A stretch of DNA of 64,000 nt from Octopus sinensis (lineage: Eukaryota), in NCBI RefSeq assembly GCF_006345805.1, contig NC_043000.1, positions 87,110,001 to 87,174,000 on the forward strand, read 5' to 3'. Position numbers and translations under genes: made by a program. Shown one piece after another: positions 63,251 through 64,000 of this stretch (within the stretch, counting starts at the first letter, position 1; each line of letters starts with the position of its first letter). The notes under the pieces were generated by a model that made no database searches, was not told the DNA's origin, and worked only from the letters and a program-made list of their open reading frames with translations.

Positions 63251-63599
63251 AATTAAAAAATTAAATTTAGAAAAATTAAAAGAAAAGTTTTTTTAAAAGA
63301 ATATTTGTATAGTGTTCAAATATAAGTGGCATTTTCCTTGTTTCTGCCCTTGTCTATCTCTCTTGTTTACTCTTGTAGGTTCAAGGTCCATGTGAATTTT
63401 TGGTAGGGAAGAAGAAGGAGGAGGAGGAGGAGGGGGAGAAGGGGAAGAAGGGGAGGAAGAATTTGGGATTGCCTTGATTGTTGTTGGTCAGTGGTTGCTA
63501 GCAGTTCCTGCTGTTCAATTCATGAAAATATTTCTATTGAAAGGTTTGTTTATAGAATTTGCGTAGGTGTTACACTAAAAAGCATTAGTCATAAAGTTA

Positions 63600-63664
63600 G
63601 GAAGAAGAGGGGGAAGAAGAAGAAGAAGAAGATGAAGATGATGATGACGATGATGATGATGATA

Positions 63665-63699
<35 letters not shown>

Positions 63700-63755
63700 G
63701 AAGAAGAAGATGACGATGACGATAATGATGATGATGATGAAGAAGAAGAAAGAGA
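63600..63755. repeat. (GAA)n(GAT)n microsatellite
   Basis: Seen directly. Confidence 0.95.
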
Positions 63756-64000
63756 AGGGAGAATATGAATGCGTGGAATATATGTATGTATATATTTATA
63801 TATACGGAGAGAGAGAGAGAAATGAAGAGAGAAAGAGGGGAGACAGAAAGACTAAGTGACGTTTGTGTGTTTGGTACACGTCTCTCTCTCTCTATCTCTC
63901 TTTCTGAGTTGGCCAAAGCCTTGTGAATGGACTTCGTAGACCGTAACAAATTAAAACCAGACGTATATATGTGTGTATATGTATGTATCAATGTGTGTAC

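Overview
This is animal genomic DNA, AT-rich and saturated with repeats, with no identifiable host gene; there are only two weak candidate exons. The SINE repertoire and microsatellite load suggest an octopus (inference, not tested). The window contains: (i) about 20 copies of three tRNA-derived SINE families, labelled A, B and C here; (ii) at least ten fragments of restriction-like-endonuclease non-LTR retrotransposons, mostly R4/Dong-like, many abutting (TAA)n/(GAA)n tracts, including a stack at 49.9-56.8 kb with an open 354-aa RT frame; (iii) decayed CR1-like and L1/Tx1-like LINEs, a deleted Ty3/Gypsy element, Tc1 and mariner transposons and MITEs; (iv) a Penelope-like (PLE) GIY-YIG fragment. 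The most interesting signal is a set of small non-coding elements carrying minimal type I hammerhead ribozyme (HHR) folds of the PLE kind. I found 8 motifs in 5 apparently unrelated sequence families, arranged as head-to-head palindromes or partial tandem repeats. One element (30394-32323, 15-bp TSD) joins a tRNA-derived Pol III head to an HHR-bearing tail. Another HHR (63206-63250) has a compensatory U3-A8 core pair. All folds and alignments were done by eye. Boundaries of decayed elements are approximate (tens of bp).
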